Positions 17,635-28,282 of a stretch of DNA of 64,000 nucleotides are shown in pieces; the first letter of the stretch is position 1; every line of letters starts with the position of its first letter. The notes below the pieces were generated by a model, which saw only the letters and a list, made by a program, of their open reading frames with translations, had not been told where the DNA came from and did no database searches. Origin of the DNA: Vulcanimicrobiota bacterium (GTDB lineage: Bacteria; Vulcanimicrobiota; Vulcanimicrobiia; Vulcanimicrobiales; Vulcanimicrobiaceae); contig OY969421.1 of NCBI GenBank assembly GCA_963699205.1, positions 1,624,427 through 1,688,426 on the forward strand, in the 5' to 3' direction. The translations under genes and the position numbers were made by a program.

Positions 17635-20600
17635 CGCCCGGGAGGGACGAGGTCGCAATCGGAGCCGGCGGCAAGTCCTCGGGAAGCGGCGGCGGCGGTC
17701 TCCTTTTCTTGCGCTCGGTAAGCTCGACGACGATGACGTAGAGCACCGGGACGATCGCCAAATTCATTATCGTCGAGAAGAACATGCCGCCTAGGACCGA
17801 CGTGCCAAGCGAAATGCGGGATTGCGCGCCGTCGCCGTGCGCGAACGCGAGCGGAATGATGCCGAGCATGAACGCGATCGACGTCATCAAGATGGGCCGC
17901 AATCGCGTCGCCGCGGCGTGGGCGACCGCGTTGATCGTCTCGAGACCCTGCTCGCGGAGTTGATTGGCAAACTCCACGATGAGAATCGCGTTCTTCGCCG
18001 CAAGCCCGATCAGCATGACGTAACCGATCTGCGCATAGATATCGGACGACGTAATTGGAATCGGCACGGGATGGCCTGCGATCAGCGAATGGATGACGAG
18101 GCTCGCGAGTTCGAGCAGCCGGCGGATGTAGATCGCCGCAATCGCGCCGAGCAACGCCAACGGCACCGCCAGCATGATGACGAAGGGCGTCGCGACGCTC
18201 TCGTATTGCGCCACGAGTACGAGGAACACGAAGAGCAAACCCATGAGAAAGACCGCGACGGTTTGTGGACCGCTCTGCACTTGTTGGCGCGCAATTCCGC
18301 TCCATTCGTACGCCATACCATTGGGCAGGCGACTGGCGACGATGCGGGCGATGGCGTTCAGGGCGTCTCCGGAACTGGCTTTCGTCCCTGGCGAACCGTC
18401 GATCTCGTAGGCGTTGTATTCGTTGAAGCGCATGATCGCGACGTTGTCTTGTACGAGGCGCGTGTCGAGGAACTCGCTCACCGGCATCATGGCCCCAGCA
18501 CTGTTTGCCACGTAGATTCTCGACAAATCGGCCGGCAGGCTTCGATGTTTGCTCCCGGCCTGCACGACCACTTGATACGATCGCGTGCCGTAGTCGAAGA
18601 AATTGACGAACGTGGATCCGGTCGTCGCATTCATCGTGTCGAAGAACGCCTGCGGCGTGATGCCGTACGCGAGCGCCTTGGAGCGATCGAATTTCGTCAC
18701 TAAATATGGACCGGTCAACAGCGTAGGAACGCGAACTTGCGCGAGCTGCGGGTCGTTCTTGGCGTCGGCTAAAACGGCGTTGCCGACCCGATTGAGCGCC
18801 GGCAAGCCGAGGTCGTTCACGTCCTCGATCTCAATGGCAAAACCGCCCGTAGCGCCGAGCCCCGGAATGGCGGGGGGATTGGCCGGCAACGCCGTGATTC
18901 CGGGCATCTTGAGGAACCGTTGGTAGAGTTGATACTGCACGGAGAGCGCGCTGCTTCCGACGCCGTGGCGCTCCCCAAGCGGTTTGAGTTGGACGAAGAT
19001 AGTGGCTTGATTCGAGCCATTATTGGCTAGCCCGTAGCCGATGCCCGACGTGACGGCTTCGACCTCGGGCATGGCTGCGATCGTGCCTTCGAGGCGCTTC
19101 ACCGCGGCCGTCGTTTGATCGACGGATGACTGGATCGGCAGCGTGACGAGGACGTAGAGCAAACTCTGGTCTTCATTGGGCAGAAAGCCCTGCGGCGTAA
19201 TCTTGAACATGACGCCGAGCATCACCAGGCCGCCCACGAAGATGGCGATGGTCAGGCGACGGCGAGCGATCAGCCGAGGCACCAGACCTTGATACCACGC
19301 CGTCAATCCATGGAGACGCAGATTGAACCACACCATGAAGCGATTTGTGGTCGGCTCGGCACCATGAACCAATTTGTAGGTCAGCACCGGTGCCAGCGTC
19401 ATCGCGGTAAAGAGCGAAATGCCGATCGACGCCGCCATCGTCAACGCAAACTGCTGGAACAGCAAGCCGGTCGTTCCCGGCAAAAACGCGACCGGAACGA
19501 AGACGGACATCAGCGCGAGCGACGTTGCGATGACTGCCCCGCCGATTTCGCGCATGGCGCGCGCGGTCGCCTGGAATGGGGTGGTTTTATCGTCGACGAT
19601 GTGGCGAACGATGTTCTCCAGCACGACGATCGCATCGTCGACGACCAACCCGGTAGCCAACGTGATGCCAAAGAGCGTCAGCGTATTAATCGAAAAACCC
19701 AACAGTTTCATCGCCGCGAACGTTCCGATCAGCGAGACGGGAATCGTAATGGACGGGATCAGTGTGCTGTGCCAACTTTGCAGGAAGATGAAGATCACGA
19801 GCACCACGAGCAAGATCGCGATCAACAAGGTGACCAAAACTTCCTTGATCGAAGCTCGCACGAACTCCGAGGTATCGAACGCAATTTTGTAGGCGATGCC
19901 GCGAGGCATGTGGCGTGCGATACGCGCCATCGTGGCGCGCACGTTCTGCGAAATCTTCAAGGAGTTCGCCGTGGGCTCGCCCTGAATCGCCAAGACGACC
20001 GCCGTTTGCCCGTTGTACCGCGCCGAGGTCACATAATTTTGCGCTCCCAGTTCTACCGTTGCCACGTCGCCCAGTCGAAGAAATCCGCCGTTGGCCTGCG
20101 GCGCGACGACGATTTGCCTGAAATTCGTCGACGCTCTCCAAGCGCCCATTAATTTGAATCGGTATCTGGAACGGTTGGGAGCCGTTGGTCGGGGGCTGCC
20201 CGAGTTGGCCGGCGGCGACGTCGGCATTATTCTGTTTGATCGCATTGAGCAGCGTATCGAGCGAAACGTTGTTGGCTTGCAGCTTGTGTGGATCGACCCA
20301 GATGCGCATTCCGTAGGTCCGATCTCCCAGCACCGCGACCTGACCGACGCCCGGCACGCGCTTGAGCTCTTCGATCACGCTGAGATCGGCATAGTTGCTC
20401 ACGGCAACATCCGAGACCGAAGAACTCGTTGAGAGCATCGCGATTGCAAGCGTGATATTTCCCGCGCTTTTTTGTACGCTGACGCCTTGGCTTTGCACCG
20501 CGTTGGGCAGCTGCGCCAGCGCTAAATCGACGCCGTGCTGAACGTTCGTCTGATCGGTCGTCGGATCGGTGCCGAGCGCAAACGTGCACGTGATCGTGCT

Positions 20601-20861
20601 CGCGCCATTAGCGCTCGAGTACGACTGCATGTATTGCAGTCCATCGGCACCGTTGATGTTCGTTTCGAGCGGCGTCGTTACCGAACGCACTACCATCGCG
20701 GCGGTCGCGCCGGGATACTGCGCGGTCACGGTCACGGTCGGCGGCGAAATCTGCGGATACTGCGAGATCGGCAAATTGGGAATGGTGATGAGTCCCGCTA
20801 AGAGGACGACAAAACTCAGCACGCCGGCGAAAAGCGGACGGCGAAGGAAAAACTCGATCAC
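17621..20861 (-). pseudogene. RND family efflux transporter (AcrB-like), split by a 1-nt frame disruption near 20112-20120
   Basis: Track ORF 19686-20861 encodes the N-terminus (MIEFFLRRPLFAGVLSFVVLLAG...INGRLESVDEF). ORF 17621-20245 continues it (QIVVAPQANGGFLRLGDVA...). Removing one G from CAGG restores a single frame. Total length is 3n+1. Confidence 0.8.
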
Positions 20862-20932
20862 GGCGTGGCTCGCACGCTACTGGGCCCCCAATTCACGCTG
20901 AGCGTTCTGACGATAGCAAACAAAATCCCCGG

Positions 20933-22609
20933 CTATCGCGCGAAGCGGCCCGCGTTGAGCCGCCACTGATAGGCGTTCCACGTCGGAAGAAGGGCGTTCG
21001 GGCGAAAGTTCGACAAATTCCGCCGGTACGCATAGATGTAATGCGCGTTAAATAGGTAGAGAACCGGCACTCGTTCGGCGACGATGCGACCGATCTGCGC
21101 GTAGAGCCGTTTGCGCGCCGCCCGCTCGTTCGTCGCGAGTGCCGCACGCTCCAGCCCATCGACTCGCGAATCGCACCAGCGCATGTAGTTCGATGGGCCT
21201 CGGCAGTCCAGCACGGCAGAATCGTCGGGATCGGCGCCCATCGTCCAGGGCACATAGGCCAAGTCAAAGGCACCGGCGGCCAGCACGCCCGTTTTTGGAA
21301 GGAACAGTTGGGCGTTACTGACGGCCTTGATGACGACGTCGATTCCGCGTTGCCGAAGTTGCGCTTGGACCGTCGCCGCGACGCGCACTCCGGTGACCGA
21401 CTCCGGAAACGCAACGTAGACCAAACGCAGCACCGCAGCACCGCGGCGCCGTAGCCCCCCGTCACCGCGTGGCCAGCCTGCGGCATCGAACAGCTCGTCC
21501 GCGGCGGCGGGGTCGTAGTGCGGCTGGCGGACCGATCGATCGTACGCCCAGGAAAATTGCGGTTGAATCATGTCCGTTACCGGATACAACCCGAGCGTAA
21601 TCTTGCGCGAGATCGCCGCACGGTCAACCGACATCGCGAGCGCGCGCCGCACGCGCACGTCATCGAGCGGCGAACGCGAAGTATTGAACGCTAATCCGGC
21701 GACGACCGCGGTCGGAACGTTACGAAAAGCGATTTGGCGGTACCGGCGGACGATCGCAACCTGCGCCGGCGCTATCAAATTCCAATCGAGATCGCCGGTC
21801 TGCAGCAAAAGCAAGTTCGTCGATGGATCGGGTAGCAGGCGGATCTCCAACGCGTCGGGTTGCGGCCTGCCGCGCCAATAGCGTGAATTCGCAACGTAGC
21901 GCAAACCTTCGCCCCGCCTCCACCACACGAATCGGTAGGGTCCATCGACAACGGTGGGCGCCGCGTTGAATGCAGCGCGATTCAACGAGGCCTCGTGGCC
22001 CAATACGTGGGCCGGCAGCACCACCTGGGGCGTGAGGCCGTATGAGAAGTACGTCAGCACGGCGGGCGCCCACGCGTGGCGCAGATGCACGACGATCTGA
22101 GATGGCCCATTCGCTTGGGCGCGATCGATCAAGTCATAGCCTTCATGCGAGCGCACCGCGTTGCGCGGATCGCGAATCGCGTGCAGCGTAAAGAGAACGT
22201 CGGCGGACGTGACCGGCGTCCCGTCGCTCCACTCCACGCCGTGGCGCAACCGATATCGAATCGTTCGACCATCCGCCGATAGCCCGCCGTTGAGACGGCT
22301 GGGAATGGCCGCCAACAAGGCGGGTCGCGGACGGCCGCGCTCGTCCAAGTCGACGAACGGCTCGAATGCTAATCGCGCGAGCTGCTGCTCGACCGATGAA
22401 GCATCCGGGACGGCCAAGAGCGGATTGAGGGTCCGCGGATCCGCCGCGACGTCGAACCGTACCGTCAGGCCTAACGCTCGGTCGCTGCCCGCCGAGGTGC
22501 AGGCGACCGGTAGGATGCCGGCGAGGGCGACCAGCCGGACTGCGGCTCGGAGGGTTGCGCCGAATGGATTGCCGGTGTTATGCTGTTCGCGCCGAATGTT
22601 TTTCGGCAA
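20933..22609 (-). CDS. ABC transporter substrate-binding lipoprotein, family 5 (peptide/nickel type)
   Basis: Signal plus lipobox-like ...GILPVAC. Size and sequence character match SBP_bac_5 (DppA/OppA-like). Confidence 0.75.
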   Translation of the reverse strand: MPKNIRREQHNTGNPFGATLRAAVRLVALAGILPVACTSAGSDRALGLTVRFDVAADPRTLNPLLAVPDASSVEQQLARLAFEPFVDLDERGRPRPALLAAIPSRLNGGLSADGRTIRYRLRHGVEWSDGTPVTSADVLFTLHAIRDPRNAVRSHEGYDLIDRAQANGPSQIVVHLRHAWAPAVLTYFSYGLTPQVVLPAHVLGHEASLNRAAFNAAPTVVDGPYRFVWWRRGEGLRYVANSRYWRGRPQPDALEIRLLPDPSTNLLLLQTGDLDWNLIAPAQVAIVRRYRQIAFRNVPTAVVAGLAFNTSRSPLDDVRVRRALAMSVDRAAISRKITLGLYPVTDMIQPQFSWAYDRSVRQPHYDPAAADELFDAAGWPRGDGGLRRRGAAVLRLVYVAFPESVTGVRVAATVQAQLRQRGIDVVIKAVSNAQLFLPKTGVLAAGAFDLAYVPWTMGADPDDSAVLDCRGPSNYMRWCDSRVDGLERAALATNERAARKRLYAQIGRIVAERVPVLYLFNAHYIYAYRRNLSNFRPNALLPTWNAYQWRLNAGRFAR

Positions 22610-22629
22610 CTTTCCTCCATTTGTCGAAT

Positions 22630-23103
22630 ATGCTGGCGGTAACTGAAGATCTCGACGAACTAGACGTACGGCTCTTAGACGCGTTGCAACGCAACGCGCG
22701 CTCGACGTTTACGGAGCTCGGCCTCGCGGTCGGGCTGAAGGCTCCCGCGGTGCACGAGCGCGTCAAGCGCCTCGAGCAGCGCGGGTACATTCGCGGGTAT
22801 TCCGCGCAGCTCGACGGAACGCGCCTTGGGTTCAACCTCGTCGCCTTCGTCAGTTGCTACACGTCTCCAGACTGCGCATACGATCGTTTCACTCGCGCAC
22901 TCAGCGAAATGCCCGAGATCTGCGAAGTCCATTCGGTCGCCGGCGAGGAGACCTTCCTTTGTAAAGTCGTCACGCGTTCCACGCAACACCTCGACGAGCT
23001 CCTCGCGCGTTTGAAGGCAACGCCTGGAATGGCGCGGACGCGCACGACGATCGTTTTGAGCATGCCGTTCGATCGTGGCGGGATCTCGGTGGAGTCGCTG
23101 TGA
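22630..23103 (+). CDS. Lrp/AsnC family transcriptional regulator
   Basis: LDELDVRLLDALQRNARSTFTELGLAVGLKAPAVHERVKRLEQRGYI forms the HTH, followed by an RAM/ACT-like C-terminal domain. ATG at 22630. Confidence 0.85.
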   Translation: MLAVTEDLDELDVRLLDALQRNARSTFTELGLAVGLKAPAVHERVKRLEQRGYIRGYSAQLDGTRLGFNLVAFVSCYTSPDCAYDRFTRALSEMPEICEVHSVAGEETFLCKVVTRSTQHLDELLARLKATPGMARTRTTIVLSMPFDRGGISVESL

Positions 23104-24170
23104 ACCCGGCCTCACGCGTTCGCCCGCATCGTCTGGGAACCCATCGTGTCGTCGAACCAATCGGCGCCATGCCGCAACAGGCGTGGCGCGTCGATAACAC
23201 GCCGGCGGCTGCAGAGAACGAGATTCTGTGCGACGTGGACGTGCTCAACATCGACTCCGCGTCGTTCAAGCAGATCGCGGAGGCATGCGATTTTGATGCT
23301 CGCCGAATCGGCGAGCACGTCGTTGGAACCGTTCTCGAACGTGGCAAACAACACAACCCGGTAACCGGAAGCGGCGGCATGTTCGTCGGACGCGTTCTTG
23401 AAATCGGCGAGGCGCTTCGCGATCGCATCGACCTGCGCGTCGGCGACCGCATCGCATCGCTCGTTTCGCTCAGCTTGACGCCGTTGCATCTCGAGGCGGT
23501 ACGCGACGTTGACGTCGCAACGGGGCGCATCTGGGTCAACGGCAAGGCAATACTCTTCGAGAGCGGTATCTGGGCACGATTACCCCACGACATCGACGAA
23601 AACGTAGCTCTGGCGGTGTTGGACGTCGCCGGCGCCCCGGCGCAGGTGCCGCGTCTTTGCACTCCGGGCCAAACCGTCGTCGTCATCGGCGCCGCCGGCA
23701 AGAGCGGTCTCTTCTCGTGCGCGCAAGCCAAGGCGTGTGTCGGCGCACGGGGCCGCGTCATCGGCGTCGTGCACGACGCAATCGCCCCGGCGGCGCAACT
23801 CTTGACCCGCGCCGGCTTGGCGGATGACGTCGTCGAGGCCGACGCACGTCGAGCGCTGGAGACGAGCGCCAAAGTCGAAGCGCTGGCCCCGCAACTTGCC
23901 GACCTCGTGATCAACTGCGTCAACGTGGCGGGAACGGAACTCACGTCCATTCTATGCGCGCGCGACGGTGGGACGATCTACTTCTTTTCGATGTCCACGT
24001 CATTCACCGCCGCGGCCTTGGGCGCCGAGGGCATCGGCCGCGACGTGACGATGATCGTCGGCAACGGCTACGCGAAGAACCACGCCGACATCGCGCTTCA
24101 GACGCTGCGCGACCATCCACACCTGCACGCCTATTTCAACGCGAAATACAAAAGAGGAACCACACCATGA
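23100..24170 (+). CDS. kdd: L-erythro-3,5-diaminohexanoate dehydrogenase-like (Kdd-like) NAD(P) dehydrogenase
   Basis: GTHRVVEPIGAMPQQAWRVDN, NEILCDVDVLNIDSASFKQI and HNPVTGSGGMFVG match my recollection of Kdd proteins. Rossmann motif VVVIGAAGKSG. Overlaps lrp and kamA by 4 nt each. Confidence 0.6.
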   Translation: MNPASRVRPHRLGTHRVVEPIGAMPQQAWRVDNTPAAAENEILCDVDVLNIDSASFKQIAEACDFDARRIGEHVVGTVLERGKQHNPVTGSGGMFVGRVLEIGEALRDRIDLRVGDRIASLVSLSLTPLHLEAVRDVDVATGRIWVNGKAILFESGIWARLPHDIDENVALAVLDVAGAPAQVPRLCTPGQTVVVIGAAGKSGLFSCAQAKACVGARGRVIGVVHDAIAPAAQLLTRAGLADDVVEADARRALETSAKVEALAPQLADLVINCVNVAGTELTSILCARDGGTIYFFSMSTSFTAAALGAEGIGRDVTMIVGNGYAKNHADIALQTLRDHPHLHAYFNAKYKRGTTP

Positions 24171-25550
24171 GCACCGTGACCGCGATCCGTCACCTAAAGC
24201 CGCCCGCCCCCACAACCCAGTTCGAATACAAAGCCTTGAAACGGGGTGAGTTTTGGCGTCACATTCCCGCCTACGCCGAGATCGACGAAAGGACGTTTCT
24301 CGATCATCTCTGGCAACAGCGTCAATCGGTCAAGACCGCCGACGAATTACTTGGAAACGATTCGTGAGGTCTGCTCGCCCGAGTTCTTCCGCGATGCCGA
24401 AGCCGGCTTTCGCCGCGCGCCGATGGCCGTTCGCGTTTCGCCCTACGCGATCTCGTTGATCGATTGGAACGACCCGGTAGACGATCCGATTCGGCGCCAA
24501 TTCATTCCCCTCGCGTCGACGTCCCTGCCGGACCATCCTCGGCTGACCTTGGATTCGCTGCACGAGCAAGAAGATTCGCCGGTGCCGGGACTGGTGCACC
24601 GCTACGTCGACAAAGCGCTCTTCCTGCCGCTCAACGTCTGCCCCGTCTATTGCCGATTCTGCACGCGCAGTTATGCGATCGGTCCGGATACGGAAAACGT
24701 CGACAAAGTCGCGTTGGCCAAGACGCCCAAACAATGGCAAGATGCGTTCGCGTACATTTCGGAGCGCCCTGAACTGGAAGACATCGTAATCTCGGGCGGC
24801 GACGTCTATCAGTTGCCGCCGAAGAACATCGAGTACGTCGGCAACGCGTTGCTCGACATTCCGCACGTGCGGCGCATGCGCTTTGCGACCAAGGGGCCGG
24901 CGATCATGCCGATGAAGATCATCACACATCACGAATGGCTCGACGCGCTGACGTCGATCGTGGATCGCGGACGGAAGCTCGGGAAAGAGGTCGTGCTACA
25001 CACGCACTTCAACGCCCCCGAAGAGATCACGTGGATCACGGAGCGCGCGATGCGCATTCTGTTCGAGCGCGGGATCTTCACGCGCAACCAATCGGTGCTG
25101 ATTCGGGGCGTCAACGACGAGCGCGAGCGCATGCAGCTGCTCGTCAAGCGCCTTGGCCACGTCAACGTGCATCCATATTACGTGTACATGCACGACATGG
25201 TGAAGGGCGTGGAGGAGCTACGCACGACCATTGCCACCGCGGTCGACACGGAAAAGTTCGTTCGCGGCAGTACCGCCGGCTTCAATACGCCCACCTTTGT
25301 TTGCGACGCGCCCGGCGGTGGTGGAAAGCGCGACGTCCACTCTTACGAATACTATGACCGCGAGAACGGCATCGCAGTCTACGCGGCGCCGAGCGTCAAG
25401 CCCGGCAAGGCGTTCATCTATTTCGACCCGATCGACAAACTATCGACGGGCGCCCAGGCGCGCTGGGCGGTCCCAGCGATTCAGGAGCAAATGATCCACG
25501 ACGCCGTGCGGAAGGCCGGCGTCGGCGACGAACAACTCGTGTTGGCGTAG
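24167..25550 (+). pseudogene. kamA: Lysine 2,3-aminomutase family radical SAM enzyme (KamA), split by a 1-nt frame disruption near 24350-24356
   Basis: The N-terminus MSTVTAIRHL...FWRHIPAYAEIDERTFLDHLWQQRQSVKTADELL is in one frame and stops at 24365-24367. It continues as ETIREVCSPEFF... in the frame of track ORF 24246-25550. Radical SAM motif CPVYCRFCTRS. Also TFVCDAPGGGGKRDV. Total length is 3n+1. Confidence 0.8.
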
Positions 25551-25554
25551 CGGC

Positions 25555-26835
25555 TCAGTTGACGCGGCGCGATACCGCGCGCATCGTGACCGGACCCGCC
25601 GGACGCAGCGTTACGAGCGGCGCGGTTCGGAGAATTGCATCGGGTTCGAGCGCATAACGAAATCGCGACAGAAGCGCCGTTAGCACGGCCGAAATTTCGG
25701 CGAGCGCGAATTCCTCGCCGATGCACCGGCGCGCGCCGCCGCCGAATGGTACGTAGGCAAACGTCGGCGGTTCGCCGCGCAACCACCGGTCGGGGTCGAA
25801 AACGTCTGGATCCGCAAAGTAATCGGCCCGGCGGTGCAGCAGAAGCGGCGCGAAGAACACTGTGGTCTTCGCGGCGATCGACGTTCCGTCGGAGAAACTA
25901 ACGTCGCGTAGCGTTTCGCGCCCGACGATCCACGCCGGCGGATACAGCCGTAGCACTTCTTTGATGACGCGCGCGATGTAGTCGCCGTCGCCGTCGCATG
26001 CTGCCGAGGCGGTGCGTTCTTCGACGGCTGGATTGCGGGCGAGCAAGACCAACGCAAAAGTCAGTGCGTTAGCCGTCGTCTCATGGCCGGCGATGAAGAG
26101 CGTCATGATCTCGTCGCGAATTTGTTGGTCCGAAACGTCCGCGTCGTGAGCCGCCAGGAGCAGCGACAGCGCGTCGCCGCGAGCCCCGGCGTCGATTCGT
26201 CGCCGCGCGATGAGGCCGAAGATAATGCCGTCGAGCGTTGCGCGCGCCCTCCAGAAACGACGAGTCGCTCGGAGCGGCAGACGCGAGCGCAGGGAGCCGA
26301 TCGGCGTCAACATCCAAGGAAACTCGTCCATCATGAGGCGTAACGCGTCGGCGACGATGCGCGCGGCGTTGCTTTCGTCGCTTCCGAAGAGCGATTCCGT
26401 CGCAATGCGCAACGTCAGTTCCGCCATCGCGGCATGCGCGTCGAAACGTCGCCCTTCCGTTAATCGGTTCACGAAGTCGCCGGCATCGCGGCGCATGATG
26501 CGAAGGTACTCGGCGATGCGTTCGCGGTGGAACGCGGGCTGGACGACGCGTCGCATCCGGCGGTGGAGCGGATCCTCGCTGGTGAGCAGCCCGTCGCCGA
26601 GGAGCAGCCGCAGGACTCGCGTTCCAAGCGACTTCGAAAATGCATGCTGTTGCGTAACCAGAATCTCTCTTATCAGCGCCGGCTCGTTGACGAAGACGTA
26701 CGATCTCCATGGCAACGAAAAGGCGACGACGTTGCCGTACCGCTCCGTCGTGTCGCGCAGAAACTCTCCGAAGCGCACGAACGGAACGGGAAACAATCGC
26801 CGCAGCGTCGTCCAACGGCTTGGTCCGGGGATCAT
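25555..26835 (-). CDS. Cytochrome P450
   Basis: Heme-thiolate loop FGGGARRCIGEEFA. I-helix FIAGHETTA. ExxR (EVLRLYPP). Confidence 0.85.
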   Translation of the reverse strand: MIPGPSRWTTLRRLFPVPFVRFGEFLRDTTERYGNVVAFSLPWRSYVFVNEPALIREILVTQQHAFSKSLGTRVLRLLLGDGLLTSEDPLHRRMRRVVQPAFHRERIAEYLRIMRRDAGDFVNRLTEGRRFDAHAAMAELTLRIATESLFGSDESNAARIVADALRLMMDEFPWMLTPIGSLRSRLPLRATRRFWRARATLDGIIFGLIARRRIDAGARGDALSLLLAAHDADVSDQQIRDEIMTLFIAGHETTANALTFALVLLARNPAVEERTASAACDGDGDYIARVIKEVLRLYPPAWIVGRETLRDVSFSDGTSIAAKTTVFFAPLLLHRRADYFADPDVFDPDRWLRGEPPTFAYVPFGGGARRCIGEEFALAEISAVLTALLSRFRYALEPDAILRTAPLVTLRPAGPVTMRAVSRRVN

Positions 26836-28241
26836 CGCGAACGCGCCGCCTCATACGCGTTTACTCGGCCGTACCGGCAAATGATCCGATACCTTCCACG
26901 CGCAACCTCCGTGGCGATCGCGGGGCGCAGGTATCGCTGGAAATCGTTGTTTGGAAAATCGTCCGCATAGACGAGATACGCAATCCCCTTCGTGCGATCG
27001 ATCGTCGCATGCGGACGCCGGGCGGCGATCGCGGAAAACCATTCGTCGTGCGTCGCCAGCGGCGCATCCTTTGGGACGCACGCAATTGCTTGCCGCGCGT
27101 CGGCGAGGTGATCGTATTGGCGGTGCAAGTAATGCAGCGGGTGCATAGGATCGAACGCAACGAGAAAGACCACGCACATCGCCCCCGCGGCTTGCACCCA
27201 ACGAGACGCGACCGGAGACCCCCGCTGCAGGAGCGTCACGGTTCCCATGATTGCCCCGACGAGGAGCCATGGGATCCACAGCGCCGCATAGTGATCCCCC
27301 ATTCGCCAAACGTAGCCGGAGTTTGCAAGAAGCACGACCGCCGCGCCCGGCAACGCCAACAGCGCCCATCGCGAAAAAAGCGGTAAGAAGGCGAGCGGGA
27401 CTACTGCTTCCAGAACGTAGGTCAAACGGCCGACGGTGAAGATCGCTCGCACGAATGGGAGGGTCCGCGCGAACGGCGCGAGCGCCAACGCAAGCGGACC
27501 GTTGGCAAAGGAATACACGTAGAAATGGCTGGGTTTCCAACCTCCAAAGCGCGGAGCGATGATGCCATAGTACGTCGCGAGCGCCGCGACGGAGGCCAAC
27601 GCGAGTCCGATCCCCGCGATTCCGAGCGCGCGCGGGGCCGAGGCGTAGCCCTCGAGCAGTCCGCGTCCAAGGCCGTTCGTTTGCGAAGAACGCCACGCAA
27701 CGACCGCCAAAACGATCCCGAAGAACGCGAGAGTCAGCGCCGCATCCTCACGTAGGCCGACGGTCGCGATGGCGCTAAGCGAGAACCACAACCACTGCCG
27801 GCGGTCGGCAAACAGAAACAGCGCGAGGACCAGCGGCGTGAACAGTCCCAGTTCGTGAAACTCGTCAAACCCAAGCGCGATCAGCGGCGGGTAGATCAAC
27901 GTCACGAACCCCAAAGAATCCGCAAGCGCCTTCCCGGCGTAGGGCCGCGCGATTGCCGCGACGAGAGGGCCGCACGCGGCCGTCGCCGCGGCCTGAAGCA
28001 ACTGCAACGCAAGGGCGCTGCCCGATATCGCGACCAAGGGCCAGAGCAACGCCAGCGTCGGCGACCAATGGTAGCGAAAGTGCGAGCCCGCCTCGACGCC
28101 GTTGCGCATGCCGTGGAACGCGTCGGCCACGATCTGGGCAAACGTACCGGTGTCGGAGCCGTACGTCCACAGTTTCGCGCGAACAAACGCGAGGCAACCA
28201 AGAACCGCGAACTCAATCGTTGCACAGAGGATCAGTCGCAT
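26832..28241 (-). CDS. DUF2079-like polytopic membrane protein (GT-C-like)
   Basis: About 12 hydrophobic segments. The N-terminal region ...YGSDTGTFAQIV...GSHFRYHWSPTLALLWPL resembles DUF2079. Its stop overlaps the P450 start (ATGA). Confidence 0.6.
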   Translation of the reverse strand: MRLILCATIEFAVLGCLAFVRAKLWTYGSDTGTFAQIVADAFHGMRNGVEAGSHFRYHWSPTLALLWPLVAISGSALALQLLQAAATAACGPLVAAIARPYAGKALADSLGFVTLIYPPLIALGFDEFHELGLFTPLVLALFLFADRRQWLWFSLSAIATVGLREDAALTLAFFGIVLAVVAWRSSQTNGLGRGLLEGYASAPRALGIAGIGLALASVAALATYYGIIAPRFGGWKPSHFYVYSFANGPLALALAPFARTLPFVRAIFTVGRLTYVLEAVVPLAFLPLFSRWALLALPGAAVVLLANSGYVWRMGDHYAALWIPWLLVGAIMGTVTLLQRGSPVASRWVQAAGAMCVVFLVAFDPMHPLHYLHRQYDHLADARQAIACVPKDAPLATHDEWFSAIAARRPHATIDRTKGIAYLVYADDFPNNDFQRYLRPAIATEVARGRYRIICRYGRVNAYEAARSR

Positions 28242-28282
28242 CGGCAGGCTCGAACCGGCGCCTGCTCCAACGGCGCTCGTCG

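Noticed and set aside
20100-20130. Programmed frameshift, or genuine split of the RND gene into two ORFs.
   Set aside because: The junction CAGG has no slippery pattern. The two halves abut within a conserved periplasmic-domain segment. A simple 1-nt insertion (error or pseudogenisation) is the parsimonious reading.
22970-23950. 326-aa minus-strand ORF antisense to the kdd-like gene.
   Set aside because: Ala/Arg/Ser/Thr/Pro-rich low-information sequence. The plus-strand frame carries recognisable Rossmann and Kdd-like motifs.
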